Positions 25,355 to 39,400 of a DNA stretch of 64,000 nucleotides are shown here, piece after piece (position 1 is the first letter of the stretch; every line of letters starts with the position of its first letter). The position numbers were made by a program, and so were the translations under genes. The stretch is from contig JAQGDQ010000049.1 of the NCBI GenBank assembly GCA_030141605.1, positions 124,001 through 188,000 of the forward strand, read 5' to 3'. The DNA is from Tubiluchus corallicola (lineage: Eukaryota; Animalia; Priapulida). A model generated the notes under the pieces. That model ran no database searches and had not been told where the DNA came from. It saw only the letters and a program-made list of their open reading frames with translations.

Positions 25355-25535
25355 CTGTCGTCATCGTCATTGTCGTCACTAGCACCATCACCGTCATCGT
25401 CGTCCTTCATTATCGTCATCATCTCCGACATCATGATCATGACCATTGTCACCATCATCATCACCCACGTGATCTTTGTCACCGTCATAATCGTCATCAT
25501 CACCATCATCATAACCAGCAGCAGCAGCTGCATCA
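25355..25535. repeat. Degenerate (CAT/CAC/CGT) trinucleotide low-complexity tract
   Basis: Direct reading; produces spurious ORFs on both strands. Confidence 0.8.
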
Positions 25536-26773
25536 TAGTTGTATATACGCTTCAAATTTTACATTTTTAGTCTTTTCACGGTAAATCTACCGTATCAAAT
25601 ATTTCATTAATTATACTGTGCCATTTGGTTATTTTCATTCATGAATACCTCACACTGGTATGTAAACAATAACATCTAAACAGTTTTCAATCTTGATTAA
25701 TGCAGTGAATGAAAAACAGCGTCGAAAGTTGAAGTTTTGTTTCCAGTTTGAAGGTTTTTTAGCAGTAGGCCTAATTAGTTTCGTGCAAGGAGAAAAATGC
25801 ATATACCAAATGCGCTGCAACTCAAGAGGCTTGTCAGACGGGTAATCACGTGATGTGTTACAGAAAGAAACTACTGCAAATTAACTCCCTTGTGGACAAT
25901 ATCTACGCAGATTAGACTGAGAGTTAGGCAAAAGTTAAGGGGGGCGCATTGTTTATGATCGTTAACTACCGTCGTTTTAAATTTTAAAGGACTTGGCAAA
26001 GCTAATTTCTTAAAATCTTATTGTGGCAGGAATATTGCAGTTATATATAACAACCCAGGCCAGTCATGGTGTCACCATATACAGATTTGTCATAGATGCG
26101 CCCCTAGTGAATGAAGTTTCTAAAGTGTTGTAACGCTTTACATTCTGGGCTGGTTACTTTTTTCAGTACTTAAGAGTGCGTAAAAGACGTTTATTAAAAG
26201 CTTTAAATGAGAAAAATTCTATAGGGTTGACAATAGAACTGGAAATACCCTCACTAAATTGAGATTTTTATGAATGGAGCAGACGAAGAACGATTTAAAT
26301 TTAGTAGTTGCATCAATTCCATTGCGAATAAATGAGTTAAACAAACATTAAATTAGAGTGAATTTTTATAATGCGCACTCTCCAAGCAGGAATGCAGAAT
26401 TCAGTGACACGGCTTATTTAATGTGCGACGGGACAGTTATCTAATTCATTTATTTATTTAAAGTATCTGTCTCATTATCAAGCCCGCGCAGCAAACCATG
26501 TATCTACCAAAAATGGATATGCACTCAAGCCGCAGAGACTACTCAAACTGAAAGTGGTTACTCGCGTGAAAACAGTTTACCTTCGTGATGCGAAACAATT
26601 TTACTTCGAAGAAAACTATCTTAAAATCTACTATGCGTTACACGTATGCGATTAGCTTTTCTTACTGCCGTAGTACTGGTGAACTCATCAAATACTGCTT
26701 TGTTATCCAGGATGTCATTTAATTACCAAATTGTAAGTTCTGTTGATTAATTTAGACTAAATTATCGTTATCT

Positions 26774-27099
26774 CAGTGGTTCCCAAAGTAGGGGTAAATT
26801 ACCCCCCGGGGGTAATATGGTTTTTGGGGGGGGGGGGGGGTAACGGGTACCCCTCTGAAAATTTTTAAAACTTCGCTCGGAATGCAGGTTCAGTAATTGT
26901 AATTCTTGTTTTGGCAACAATACAACAACAACACCTGGAAATTTATTTATGTCACGAGCAAACGTAAATAATTTTGCTTGCTTGTGGCATATACGTGTGT
27001 TTACTTTTTGAGTTGGAGAAGTAGTACTAGGTGGGGGGTAATGGACACGACCGGGTTTCCCGATTTGGGTAACGGTCCGAGAAAGTTTGGGAACCACTG
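26774..27099. mobile_element. hAT (Charlie-like) MITE
   Basis: TIRs cagtggttcccaaa...tttgggaaccactg; perfect 8-bp TSD cgttatct on both sides. Confidence 0.92.
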
Positions 27100-27948
27100 C
27101 GTTATCTTGTAAATTAACGCAATAATTTGCTATTTTTGCTTCCAAAATCGATTGGACTATTATTGGAAACATGTCATATTTTTACTTAGCTGCTGTAATT
27201 TTTTTACCTGTTAATCTGTTGATTATTTTTCTATTATTTGCTTCTCTTTATTGTTGAATCACATCTTTATACCGAATAAATTAATTTCAGGTTTAACACG
27301 CCAGGTAAATGCCGGAGTTACATTTTTCCTTTGGATATTTTACTTTGGCGCATCCACATTTACCTTTACAATATTAAATTTTTGAAACGAAACTTGACCA
27401 ACACAATAAACTGAGGAAAAAAATTCGGACTGGGCCTGGATTTTAATAAAGACCCTTGGGTTACTAGTCCAGCATCATGACCACTACACAACACAGTCCC
27501 TTGTGCTCATAGCAAACATTTTTTTTCAATTTCAACAACTCACTAACTCATCTAACATTTCTGAGTGTAATTACTAATCGACTAGATCATTTTTGTAATT
27601 AGTTTAGATCAGGGAACTGATCTGCAGGTAATTAATTAATTACTTCACAGTGCTTTACTGTATTTTCAAAATTAAAACTAAAATGCTGATTTTAAAATTA
27701 TTGGAAAATGATGAAATAAACACACAATTGTTGAATTTGAAGCGAAATGCGTATAGCGCCATCTCCGAAAGAGAAAGTGTAGAATTCCTCTCACCTCGTT
27801 CAGCACAGCTAATTTCATTATTTGCGTAAACGCCATCACTTAAAAACACCCTGTGTGTTAGTAGTGCGTAAAAAGGCATTACTCCGACAAACGATACGCT
27901 TATTTAGCCGCTTTTACCGGATGGTATAGGTTGACTAAGTGACCATCC

Positions 27949-28853
27949 CAGAGCCGATTCTAACATTAGGCAAACTAAGCAGTTGCCTAGGGCACCAAAT
28001 TTTGGAAGTAATCCGCCAATTTTTACGTTTAGGCATAAAATGATAACATACTGTATGTGTACTGTTAAGTGCCCAGCACATTTACTAAACGAAGCGAATT
28101 ACTTGCGTTATTTTCCTGTCAAAATACAAGATTTATCCACGCTAACAGGGAACTGTCTTGCCACATCAAAATACTATTTTTGCTATACCTGGCTTCCTAA
28201 ATTACGTCATTCATTTAGATATTGGTGGATCGTTATTTCCCTGCTTTCGCCCAGTTTATGTTATATACTAGAGCAGCAGAGAACGTAACGACTCCTTCCG
28301 TTAATAAAAAAGTTTCTTGCAATGACATTTATCTAATTTTGGCAGATAAGCCTATAAGAGTCCAAACCTTCAGGAATATTGGAAACGAAAGGTAAAAAAC
28401 CTGGCGAACATTTGACAGTAAGATAATTCGCTAATGAAATATTTGCAACTAGACCAAAGTTATGGTTGCAAAGATGATGAAACTAGCGAAATGGATGTAA
28501 GTGAAAAAGAGGAGTTGCTGTTTCAAAAATTTTCTGATGAAAAGGCTGAGCGAAAATCTAGACAAGAGTATGTACATGAAATTGTGCAGCAGAAATTGAA
28601 GAAATTGTCCACGATGTACGATGGTTCATAAATTCAATTTCAAATAAATTAACACAAAATGTAGATAGGCAGTTAGCTACAGTTAATTAGTACGCTACAG
28701 TACATGTATAAATCCAACACACAAGTAACGTTATACTTTGTTATATCCAATCGAAATTCAAGTTCAAATGGGGACCGTTGAGACGTTGACCCTTGAGAAG
28801 GGGGCGCTAAAATACTTTTTCCTAAGGCGTCAAATTAACTAGAGCCGGCCGTG
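27949..28853 (+). mobile_element. Non-autonomous hAT element (internal-deletion derivative)
   Basis: TIRs cagagccgattcta / tagagccggccgtg; perfect 8-bp TSD gaccatcc; internal FQKFSDEKAERK resembles a hAT transposase C-terminus (inference). Confidence 0.85.
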
Positions 28854-29940
28854 GACCATCCAACTGCTAAACGTCAATATTGATGCATTTACTAAATAAA
28901 TTTACTTTGATAAATTTAATAACATTATTATTTATGGAAAAATGATAAATCGTTCCGGGATTTAGACAGCTATATATCAGAATGCCGTGCCTCAAGGTTA
29001 TTTTTCTTAGCCAATTTCGGTAAATGGGTAGCAAATTTGACAGAATTTGAAGCAAAATATCAAGTTGAACTTTGGTGGTGCGTTTGCTTATATCATGACA
29101 GACGTAAATGTTCGTGAATCTGAATGCAGTTTACATTTCATAATAATGATGATGGTGCAACGTGTGTTTCTAAACAAAAACTCTAAAGTAGAGAAATACA
29201 AAAATAGTCCGGAATGCGAAACATTGATTGCTTGTTTATTCTGCCCTAATTACTGCCCTACGTAGCTATGTCATTTAGAACGCAGAATCTGTTTTTTCGT
29301 AAAAAAAATAAAATACCGATTAACTCTATCATTACGCCACAGTGTTAAACAACCTGATTAAATACTTATTACGTGAACAGCAACAACAAAACAACAACAA
29401 CAATACCAACAACAACAACAACAATACCAACAGCAGCAGCAACACCAACACGGCGATACAAACCTGTTTATAGAGTTACTTCGCAAGCAAGGAACTCAAA
29501 GATCACAAAGTACCATTTAATTTCATTTTCACAAAATTGAAATAATGTTAATTAAGTCAACAGGAAAAAATATAGGGAAAAACTGTTAAATTGCTGTTTA
29601 ATGACTTTGCTGCAGATTTTTGCTCGTCACATCGAACATGTCAGTCTATGGTCACATCTTAATTCTTAAAGATTTTCTTGCGCAAGACGCGCTCTCGAAC
29701 TTGTTGAGCATTCTAATTACGCGTTAACTCAACGCAAACCTAATCGAATTACAAATTCTAGTGTAAACTGATTTCGATTACCTTGCTAACCAACTGACAA
29801 AATGAAGCTGCTTGTGAAAATAATTGCTAGTATAAGCAATTTATCTAACCAGTTGCAATACATACACATACAGGTTGTAAACTCGTCGCCATTACTTAAC
29901 AAAGTTAAACTTAATGATGCTATTTATTACTTACTGAAGT

Positions 29941-30410
29941 CAGGACGGGCTCTAACACGAGTTGCCTAGGCCGCCAAATTCTGGAAGTAGGTCTTTAATT
30001 TTTAAATTTAGCATAAGTAATAACGTAATGTATATGTGACTGCTCAAGTGCACAATACTTTAATTAATGAAAACGAACTGCATTCGTTATTTTCCGGTCA
30101 AAATGTATGACTCGTCGATGCTAGCAAAGTATCTTCCTACAGCAAACATTTGTATTTTTTGTTTTATCTCGTTTATTAAGATTATATCAATTCACTCAGA
30201 CCACCGCTACCCTTCTTTACTCTGCTTTAACCTACTGTATGCACAAACTATCAGATCTAATGGTTTATACGTGAAAAAAGAGCTAATGTTTCAAAAAATT
30301 TCTGATGAAAAGGCTGAGAGAAAATGTGGCCAGTGTAGGAGAAACTGCAGATTTCATGATTGCTCTTGAAAACCCAGGACAAACAGTGTTGTCATAAGTT
30401 CAGTTTCAAA
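29941..30410 (+). mobile_element. Partial second copy of the 27949-28853 hAT element
   Basis: Same left end (caggacgggctctaaca...gttgcctagg...ccaaatt) and shared tttcaaaaa.tttctgatgaaaaggctgag. Confidence 0.75.
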
Positions 30411-33343
30411 TTTAACAAGCTGTATGGTTTAGGCCAAGATATTTTACACCCCAGATATAAAATAGGCTAGGCCAGAATATATCCCTCTGTTCCAGAATAT
30501 ACGCCTCTGGTCCATAATGTAATACGTTAGTCTTTTTCTGCGCATTAAGATTTTAACAATAACGGTTTCCTTATTCAAAAGAAATTCATGATTGCGTCGG
30601 ACATCAAAGAATCTCATGATTCGTACACGGATTTTCGTGATCTCTTTCCTCATGAACTAAGATATAATGTTAATATGATTAAAAGTTTCCTTAATTAAAT
30701 AAAAAATCAATCTGCCCAGAACATTCGCGCACATTTTACATAAGTGCAGTGTATATAGTGTAGAAACACATGTGCAGATACAAAATCCTGTGAGCACTTT
30801 TTGAAGAAAGCATTTCGGCTGTTGATGTCTTAGAAACAGCCTTAACTCAAGTTAGCTGCAAGAAAAATCAAGGTGGCAAGCCAAAATATTATTACAATCG
30901 AAATGACTCGGAAAATTCAAATTGGCCGCAAGACGATCCTTGGGCGCACCTTCATTCTTTTTATCATATTTTTAAAGATGCAGTTACAAGGCTAAGCCAG
31001 AATGACCTTGTTTCAAGTTTCTTGTAGAATCTTATCGATTATTTTGATTCTTGTAATAACGCAAATGTCTCGGCGAGTCGCAGCTTCCTAAATTTAGTTA
31101 ATTATGCAATGACGCAAGAAGACATCTTGGTTGATTTGGTTACTTTTCACAACGTGACTGTCACGTGACTACAACATTTTTATTTACAGTGATGCACGCT
31201 GAAAACTTGAATTACTTGCTGATTTTGCTTTTCAATTGTGAATAAAACCGACCTTTTCTGCACTGCTCGTTAGTTCGTAAACACAGGTAGCTTTGAGTTT
31301 CAAACTATTAATGGTATTTATTACTATCTAAATAGATTGTACTTAGATTAAGTGTTTCATATTGTTTTAAGATATAATTATAAGGATTTAAACTTAGACT
31401 ACGGTGAAATTAATATTAAGACAATCTTGCTTAAAGCACGAACCGTGCATGATGACCGGAGTAATCTAAATAGCTAGAAGAGTTGTAATTATCCAGCAAG
31501 ATAAAATTTAACTTAATCTTAATCCAATTAATTAATAATAAATAAACCTAAGCTTAATTATGAAGGCAATGACAATGAGAAAAAATAGCTTAGCCGCCAT
31601 ATTGAATCAGTTTTGGCTACAATTGATGGCTCTTAGAACCGTGACGTCACAGTAAAAACAATGGCGTTGAACTAACTCTTGGCGATGTGAATACTATCAG
31701 TTCAACTTGTTGTTCGTCTGCTTTAGCAGTTCTGAACAAGCAGAACTACTCTTGGCTTCATTCAGGCTAAACACAATGGCTTTATCCGCCACTTCACATT
31801 CAATAGTTCTATTGCACTTGAGGGAATTTACCCTCTAAATTGTGTTGCCAGTAATGACTGGCCTTATCAACAAATTGACCAATCCTCGGCGAAAATAAAA
31901 GCCGAGATGTAGCGAGGGTCGAATCTCTTGGCGCTGGTGACAATGAATGAGTGAACCAGTAACAGTGTTTCAACTTCCGAGGTCCCGGGAGTTTCCGAAA
32001 GAGTTGAATCTTCTAAATAACTAGAGCAGTTGAGGTTACCTAGCAAAATAAAATTAAGGTTAATCTTAGTCCAGTTATGAAAACAATAACAAGAACGAAT
32101 TCGTTTAGCCGCTATATTAAATCAGCTTTATTTACCGTTTATTCGTGTACGATTTTGTCCATACAATACAGTCACGCTAGAGATTAGTTCAAAAAAGAAC
32201 GCAACGTGAGCGCACACGGACAGCATACAAAACACAAAAATGGATACAACAGTTACAAAACGAACAGGCTTGCAACTAAAATTTAAGGCATGAAAAGTTT
32301 ACATAACCTGCACTAGCAAAAAGAACTGAGGACCTAATTTTGACCGTGCAATTTCGATTCTCCAAACATCTAAAAAAGATTGAAATTACTTTAAATTAAT
32401 GTAAATGACTTTATCTGAGGTTATTTACACTAACTTGACAAAAACGTAAGAACTATGCAGAAGCTTTTAGCCTATTATTGGATCCGAAAAGCTTAGTCAT
32501 ATTGTTGGTGTTACTGTTACATTTATCTTTGAAAGCTATCACAAGCCACAGTTTTTAAGGCTTCAGGTTGAAATTTTCCGCGAAGACACTGTGGTCCATC
32601 GCGCACAACTTTTCACTTTCCAAATACAGCCCTTTAGTACGACCGCTAAATTTATGACGCTCATTAAATGGCTCTGCCCTATACATTGTTTTGGTTTCTT
32701 TCATTCTAATGCATAAATAGATCTGCCCCAACATTGCGTACGTTTTTTTTTCTAAATTTTACGAAATAACGTGGTCCGTGGAAACAACAAACGCTTCCTA
32801 TAATTTTCTTTTGGAAACCATTACCTTTTCAAGAAAATGAGCAAGTAGAACGTGCCGGATCCAAGCACATCAGTGCTGCCATTCTAGTTTTTTAATTTGC
32901 AAAATTTAAAACCACGATTACTCTACATTTTGCAATTTTTAATGTGCTAGTACAGTATATTTTGTGTTTAAGTTTCTCCATTTTGCGCTGTTCCACAAGC
33001 ACCCATCCTATATTTTACCCGTAAACAATGTTTTATTACAAATTGCCTTTTTATTCAAACACATGGTTCATTTAAAGAAGCAAAGATCCTATTTATTATG
33101 TCAAAGGACAGTAGAAGGTCATGCGATGCATTATTTATTCGCTTTTGGTAAGTTTGGCACGTGTAATTTTCGAAACATGAAATTCGTTACAGCTCATTTT
33201 TTACTGTTTTCACCGCATTAAAATATAAGAGTTTTAAGAGCTTCACTGCAGTTTTTGAAAGAGAATTACACTAAACGTCTTGTGAGCAGAGCATTAACTC
33301 CAGCTTACATGAGAAGAGACTTTCAAATGGCATAATGGCATGC

Positions 33344-34066
33344 TCCGACTTGAGAGTTCTCTCGCAAGTTATTCAACAAGTTCTCTGAGTGTGAATGACT
33401 TTGCAAGTCCACTTGCAACTTAACTTGCGCAATAAATTGCAAAGCTGTTCACGCTTGCGAATTTATTCTCAGAGAGAATATGTGCAATAACTTGCAAAGC
33501 CGTTCACGCTTGCGAATTTATTCTCAGAGAGAACATGCGTAGTAACTTGCAAAGCCGTCCACGATTGCGAGTTTACTCTCAGAGAGAACATGCGTAGTAA
33601 CTTGCAAAGCCGTCCACGCTTGCGAGTTTACTCTCAGAGAGAACATGCGTAGTAACTTGTAAAGCCGTTCACGCTTGAGAGTTTACTCTCAGAGAGAACA
33701 TGCGTAGTAACTTGCAAAGCCGTCCACGCTTGCGAGTTTACTCTCAGAGAGAACATGCGTAGTAACTTGCAAAGCCGTCCACGCTTGCGAGTTTACTCTC
33801 AGAGAGAACATGCGTAGTAACTTGCAAAGCCGTCCACGCTTGCGAGTTTACTCTCAGAGAGAACATGCGTAGTAACTTGCAAAGCCGTCCACGCTTGCGA
33901 GTTTACTCTCAGAGAGAACATGCGTAGTAACTTGTAAAGCCGTTCACGCTTGAGAGTTTACTCTCAGAGAGAACATGCGTAGTAACTTGCAAAGCCGTCC
34001 ACGCTTGCGAGTTTACTCTCAGAGAGAACTTGCGCAATAACTTGAGAGAGAAATCTCAAGTCTGGA
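33344..34066. mobile_element. TIR-bounded element containing a 55-bp tandem array (about 11 copies)
   Basis: Unit agagagaacatgcgtagtaacttgcaaagccgtccacgcttgcgagtttactctc; about 45-bp imperfect inverted termini at 33344-33390 and about 34018-34066. Confidence 0.85.
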
Positions 34067-34952
34067 AATAAAACACTGAAAGGGAAAATTTTGTGGTTTT
34101 AGTTGATTTACGTGTAAAATTTACATGATTTACCTCGGAAACTTTAATTTCACTATTTTTCGCTGTTGCACTCTTTCAGCCATACTACGCTTAAATGAGC
34201 AACAGCAACACATCTCGAAAGGCGCTACACCAAAATGGCTTTCTATCTAAGCAGGATAAATCCCACAATCCCACTTATGACGTCACATTTAGTTTTACTT
34301 TATTCATTTATTTCACCAACACGTGACATAATTATAAACAAGGAAATAAAGCTTATACTGCAAAATACAGCAATAAAATAGTTTTACAATATCCTGTCAA
34401 CAATAGTTGAATAGTTATACAGACAACAATAAAATATCCGATGAAAAAATTACTTTAGTTTATTCTGTCATTCGTCATAATAACAATAATTATGTAACGT
34501 GTTACAGAGCCCTCAAAAGTCAAAGCAGACAAAAGCTTATACGAGAGACTCATTGACTGTGAAGCAAAGATTAGTTAGTAAAAAGAGATGAGGATGAACT
34601 TGCCATGTCAGCGAAGGGATTATAGAAAAGAGCGATAAGAAAGAAAACAATATGTGATTTAACAATGATAATCCATGTTAATTATAATTAGGATTACGTC
34701 ACTTATATAACCTCGTGAAATAATGCGTAAGTCCTGTAATAATTTAAAAATTTTAAAATGTGAACTTAAAAATCTTCCCAGCTTTTGTGTTTCATAGTAA
34801 ATGCTGTACGGCACCACCATTCTTCAAATTTTGCTTTGGCAACACATGCGAATTTTCTCGTATTTGTGTATAGTATATATTGTTTATATGTATATTGTAT
34901 ATATATATATTAGTGTAACTATATATATATATAATTATATATATATATATGT

Positions 34953-35028
34953 AATTAGTGATTACACTGCAAAGATTAGTGTAACTATATATATAGTTAC
35001 ACTAATCTTTGCAGTGTAATCACTAATT
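34953..35028. repeat. Perfect 76-bp palindrome
   Basis: aattagtgattacactgcaaagattagtgtaactatat|atatagttacactaatctttgcagtgtaatcactaatt. Confidence 0.95.
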
Positions 35029-35585
35029 TTTATAGCGTTTTTTTATGTTTTATACCTGCTATGTAATTCTAACTTCGTTGTCGAATAAATGTGATTATAC
35101 GAGTATGACAAAATAAAAAACACTACAAAAATTATTTACAATAAAAATGTGCACAAACAAATAAAGAAAATAAAAGAAACGTCTAGAGAAGAGGCCGTTA
35201 AAAATCATATATTAATTAAAACATTTTTCATTAATAATGCAGTCGACATCGTGTGACTCAAGCACATCACAGTCTGGAATATTTCTTTTAAAACACTACT
35301 TTTAATATCAACATGAATTTAAACTACTTATTTAAAATTTCAGTACGTAGAGACGTCAAATTATGAGTCACGTATCTTATTTCTGAGCATAAGGTTTCAG
35401 TAACGTTGTTACAAAAAGTCGAGAACGGGTTACAAATAGCAGTGAAAGGCACGTGACTAATCACTGGCACATGATGATTTGAAGCACTTTACACAAGCGT
35501 GCTGAATCTTAATTTAAATCTTATTTCTGAAGGTAAGCATTCAGAAAGTAGAGTAATGATATTATAATGTGTTCTAGAAGAAAAC

Positions 35586-35586
<1 letters not shown>

Positions 35587-35634
<48 letters not shown>
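35587..35634. repeat. (TA)n microsatellite
   Basis: Direct reading. Confidence 0.95.
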
Positions 35635-35638
<4 letters not shown>

Positions 35639-37584
35639 GGATATATATCAGAATCAAAATATATATACCATTATCAGAACATATATACATACGTTCTGAT
35701 ATGGACTTTCACCGGGAATAAAATAAAGTACATCTTATCTTTTATCTCATAGGTCAAAACGGATAGGGTCAAAAAATCATTCTGTTTTTCCTTTAACGAT
35801 ATCCCTTTGTAAGACAGTTGATTGCGTAGCATCTTGCTGATAGCAACATGAAACCGCGAGTTCTAGATGATCCCAAGATTTGATTACAATTAATATATGT
35901 TTAAACTACTCTTAACTAAGAAAGACTGAACATATTTGGTCAGTCGGGTCTGCGGTAATTGCGTGACCTCGCCTGACACGTTTACGTAATTGTTTCCGCT
36001 CGGCTTTCCGGGCAGAAGCCCATATGATTTAGGTCTAATTGTAATAGCCTACTGCATGTGTTCATGAATGCATTGATGATGATTATGACAAAGAGTCGTT
36101 AGCATCGTCAAATTACAAATTTACATTTGCCGCAAGGCCATAGAAGCGACGTTTGACAAACGGGTACGAAAATGGAACTAAATTTAAAGCGAAGCATCAC
36201 TGCTTCAGTTTAACCAAGGGCCTCAATAACTAAACTTTAGTTGTAGTGGTCCTTGGTTAAACGTAGAAGATGAATTTGTTAGCTTTCAGCATTTCCTTGA
36301 GTTTCTATTTTTCATTAAATCGACCGCCTGACAAGTAACTAACCAACATTTTCCTGACACCATGCAGTTAAGAGGAAAACTGTTTTTTTTTCATTGACTG
36401 AAATAAAACGTAATGATGTATTTTATATTATTTTCTACAATGTTGTCTAAGCAGATCACCGATTTATTAAGCAGGCAGCCCTTCCATCTTTGGTCAATGA
36501 CCGTTCAACTGGTGCTCATGGTCGATTTCTTCTGTGTTCTTAGGACCTTTTCGGATAATGACTGTCGTATGCCGGGTCACTAGGGTCCAGATATTTGCAG
36601 TGTAAGATATAATATCGTTTATGGCTATTTATTCCCTAATGTTGATTAAACTGCATTTTCATCAGTTTTCATCATATTAATCGTTCCTGCTCAGCGGGGA
36701 GGGGGGCTGCATTAATAACAGTAGAAACAACGACAATAATTCAAGCAATAACAACAATAACAGCAGCAGTCGGAAATATATGTATAGAAAAACTATTTTG
36801 ATAGTGATAAAATATTAGCTTTTGGTGCTGTCCTCGGCGAAGTTGTAATTTTCAGAAAAAATTCTGATTACGAGTTTCACAGAGAAGAAGTGCGAAAGAA
36901 AAATTGGAATATAACCAGCTGGTCAGAAAGACAGAAAGACTAAGAGATGCTTTAAACTTTTCTTCATTTTAAAAACAACATACGCCTGTTCTAAATTTTC
37001 AGCCCAGGTGACGATCCATTCGCTTCGCGATTCTTTAGTTTTGCGCAATTCGAATTCTGCGTGACTAGATGTTATAAATATAAAATAGTTTTTGCGACAT
37101 TCTAAAAAATCGCAGTGCGAAAGTAGCCTAACTGCCGGCTATAGCTTTAATCATAATTTGTTCACTCTGTTCGAATATCAAATCTAATAAACTTTGTCTC
37201 ATTTTACTGCCACATCTCCATAATACAAGCGTTACATGTTTCAAATTGGCAATTACTATTATCCGCCATGTCGGGAAAAGCGATTTCCTGTTTGAGAGAT
37301 TCTGTTTCCCTATTCCCTATTTACGAATGGATATTCTGCAGCGTGGAAAGTGAAATTATGAAATCGTAGTAGTATCCTACAGTGTAATTGCCGAGCGTTT
37401 TACCTTTTATGTAACTGTAATAAATAAGAACATATATGTACTTCATAACAAGTTTAAAAAAGAAACTGGCGGAATACAGTTATTCAATTTTCTTTTAAGC
37501 ATGAATATTGGAGCTGCTCAAATTGCTGCTTTCGTGACATCGTTACTGTTTTTCATACATGTCACAACAATAATAACAGTCATG

Positions 37585-37820
37585 AAGCAGCAGCAACAGC
37601 AACAGCAACAACACCGACGACGACGATAATGATGGCAGTTCAGCAGCGGCGATGATGTTGACACGATGACTACAACAACAACAGCGACAACAACAACAAC
37701 AACAACAGCAGCAGCAGCAGCAGCAGCAGCAAGAACAACATCAACAACACTAATGATGACAACAACCGGCCGTATCAACAACAGCAATATATATAGCAGC
37801 AACGATAGCAACAATAACAA
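37585..37820. repeat. (CAG/CAA) trinucleotide low-complexity tract
   Basis: Direct reading. Confidence 0.85.
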
Positions 37821-38732
37821 GGAGAGCACAACAAGATCAGTTGTTTTGGAAGAAGCGGCAACATCACTGGCGCCCACAGCAGCTTCTTATCGAAGACGTT
37901 TACCAACAAGAGAACGAAGAGATGTTATACCAAAGAGCCCTTATTCTTGGGGCTTTTAACATATTGCACTTACTGAGACCACAATATACAAAATCACATC
38001 AGTAGATGGGTGAAAGGCTGTCGTTCGCTACTGCGTCTCTTGCTCCTAAAGTGTTGCTAATTGCAAATTAAATCGGCATTGAGAATCAATCAGGAAAGAT
38101 TACATTGCCTCATTCAACACCCATACAGCTTGATTAGGTCTGTGGCGTATGGTTGGCGGGGGTCCTAGTTTATAAACTTCGAAAAACTGATAACTATTAG
38201 GGCCTGTTCTAATAACACCGAAACGCTTTGAAAAATCCATAAAACAAATTATTTCCTAGTAATTTCAGCCAGTCTTTCTTCGTTGGTTTTTTTTCTGCGG
38301 ACGGTTTATGTGTGCCGAGTCGAGATTATGTTTTGAAATCATGTCTTTTCTGTGGTACTTGATAATTTAATCTGATGGTTGTCTTACAAAGAGCAACACA
38401 GAAGCTTTTAGGTTGTTATTAGTGATAATCCGACGTGTATGTTTGCCATTGACGTAAGCAAAGCTGCACCAATTTGGTAATTTTTTGCCGTGATAGCAGG
38501 GAGTTTTTCTTTTAGTGAAAATATCTTTTTAGTACTGCAAGTCGACTAGCTGCCAAAAAGGCTGGGTCCCTAATTAATTAATTTGCGTTTAAAGTAGTCC
38601 CAGATATTGAAGAGAAAGCCAACTGAGCAGCCCAAAAGAGAGCGAGTGACCGGAAAATGTTGACCAAACAATATTTTAAACTAAAATAATTATCTGACCA
38701 GAGTAATCGTATAAATAATATTCTATTATTTA

Positions 38733-39088
38733 CAGGGCCCGATTATGACCTTTGGGGCCCCTAGGCCAATGAAATTATGGAGCCTGTCAGACGGAGCCAC
38801 CCTCTAATTTGCTCACACTCGTGTCGAATATTTTTTACCTCTAATATATTTTAGCAACATTTGCATAGCTGGGGGTCTCGTATTTCAAATAAAGTGATTC
38901 CAATATTGGCCCTTATCTCAAATAAGGAGCCACTTTAAAATTGGATTTTCAGACTGCCTGGCCTCTTTTTTAAAGTTGACATTTTATTTTAAGTTATATG
39001 AATTATTCAACAATGTAAAGTATGGGCCACCAAGTTTGAGGGGCGTTAGGCTGCAGCCTACACTAGTCTATAGGATAATCCAGCCCTG
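38733..39088. mobile_element. hAT-type MITE, inverted copy of the 2982-3400 family
   Basis: TIRs cagggcccgattatg...gataatccagccctg; shared ggctgcagcctacactagtctatag; degenerate TSD attattta/gttatata. Confidence 0.75.
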
Positions 39089-39317
39089 GTTATATATTTA
39101 CTTACACACTTTGGATCTAAAAACAGTACAATGTATGTCAAGCTTAGTATGTAATCAAGAATATAGTGAGATTTCATCCATTGCGCAAGTATGGTGATTT
39201 GTGTGATTATTTAGTATATCTACTTACATCATGTCAAGCATCAGGAAATAGCCTGCCAAGTAGCTGCATTCAGGCATATTTTGAAACAAAATTAGAGATG
39301 CTGCAAATTTTGATGCG

Positions 39318-39336
39318 ATGATGATGATGATGCTGA

Positions 39337-39377
<41 letters not shown>

Positions 39378-39400
39378 ATGATGATGACGACGACGACGAT
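39318..39400. repeat. (GAT/GCT/GAC) microsatellite
   Basis: Direct reading. Confidence 0.9.

Noticed and set aside
33420-34045. CRISPR-like regular array
   Set aside because: The units are contiguous near-identical 55-mers with no unique spacers, there are no cas genes, and the context is eukaryotic.
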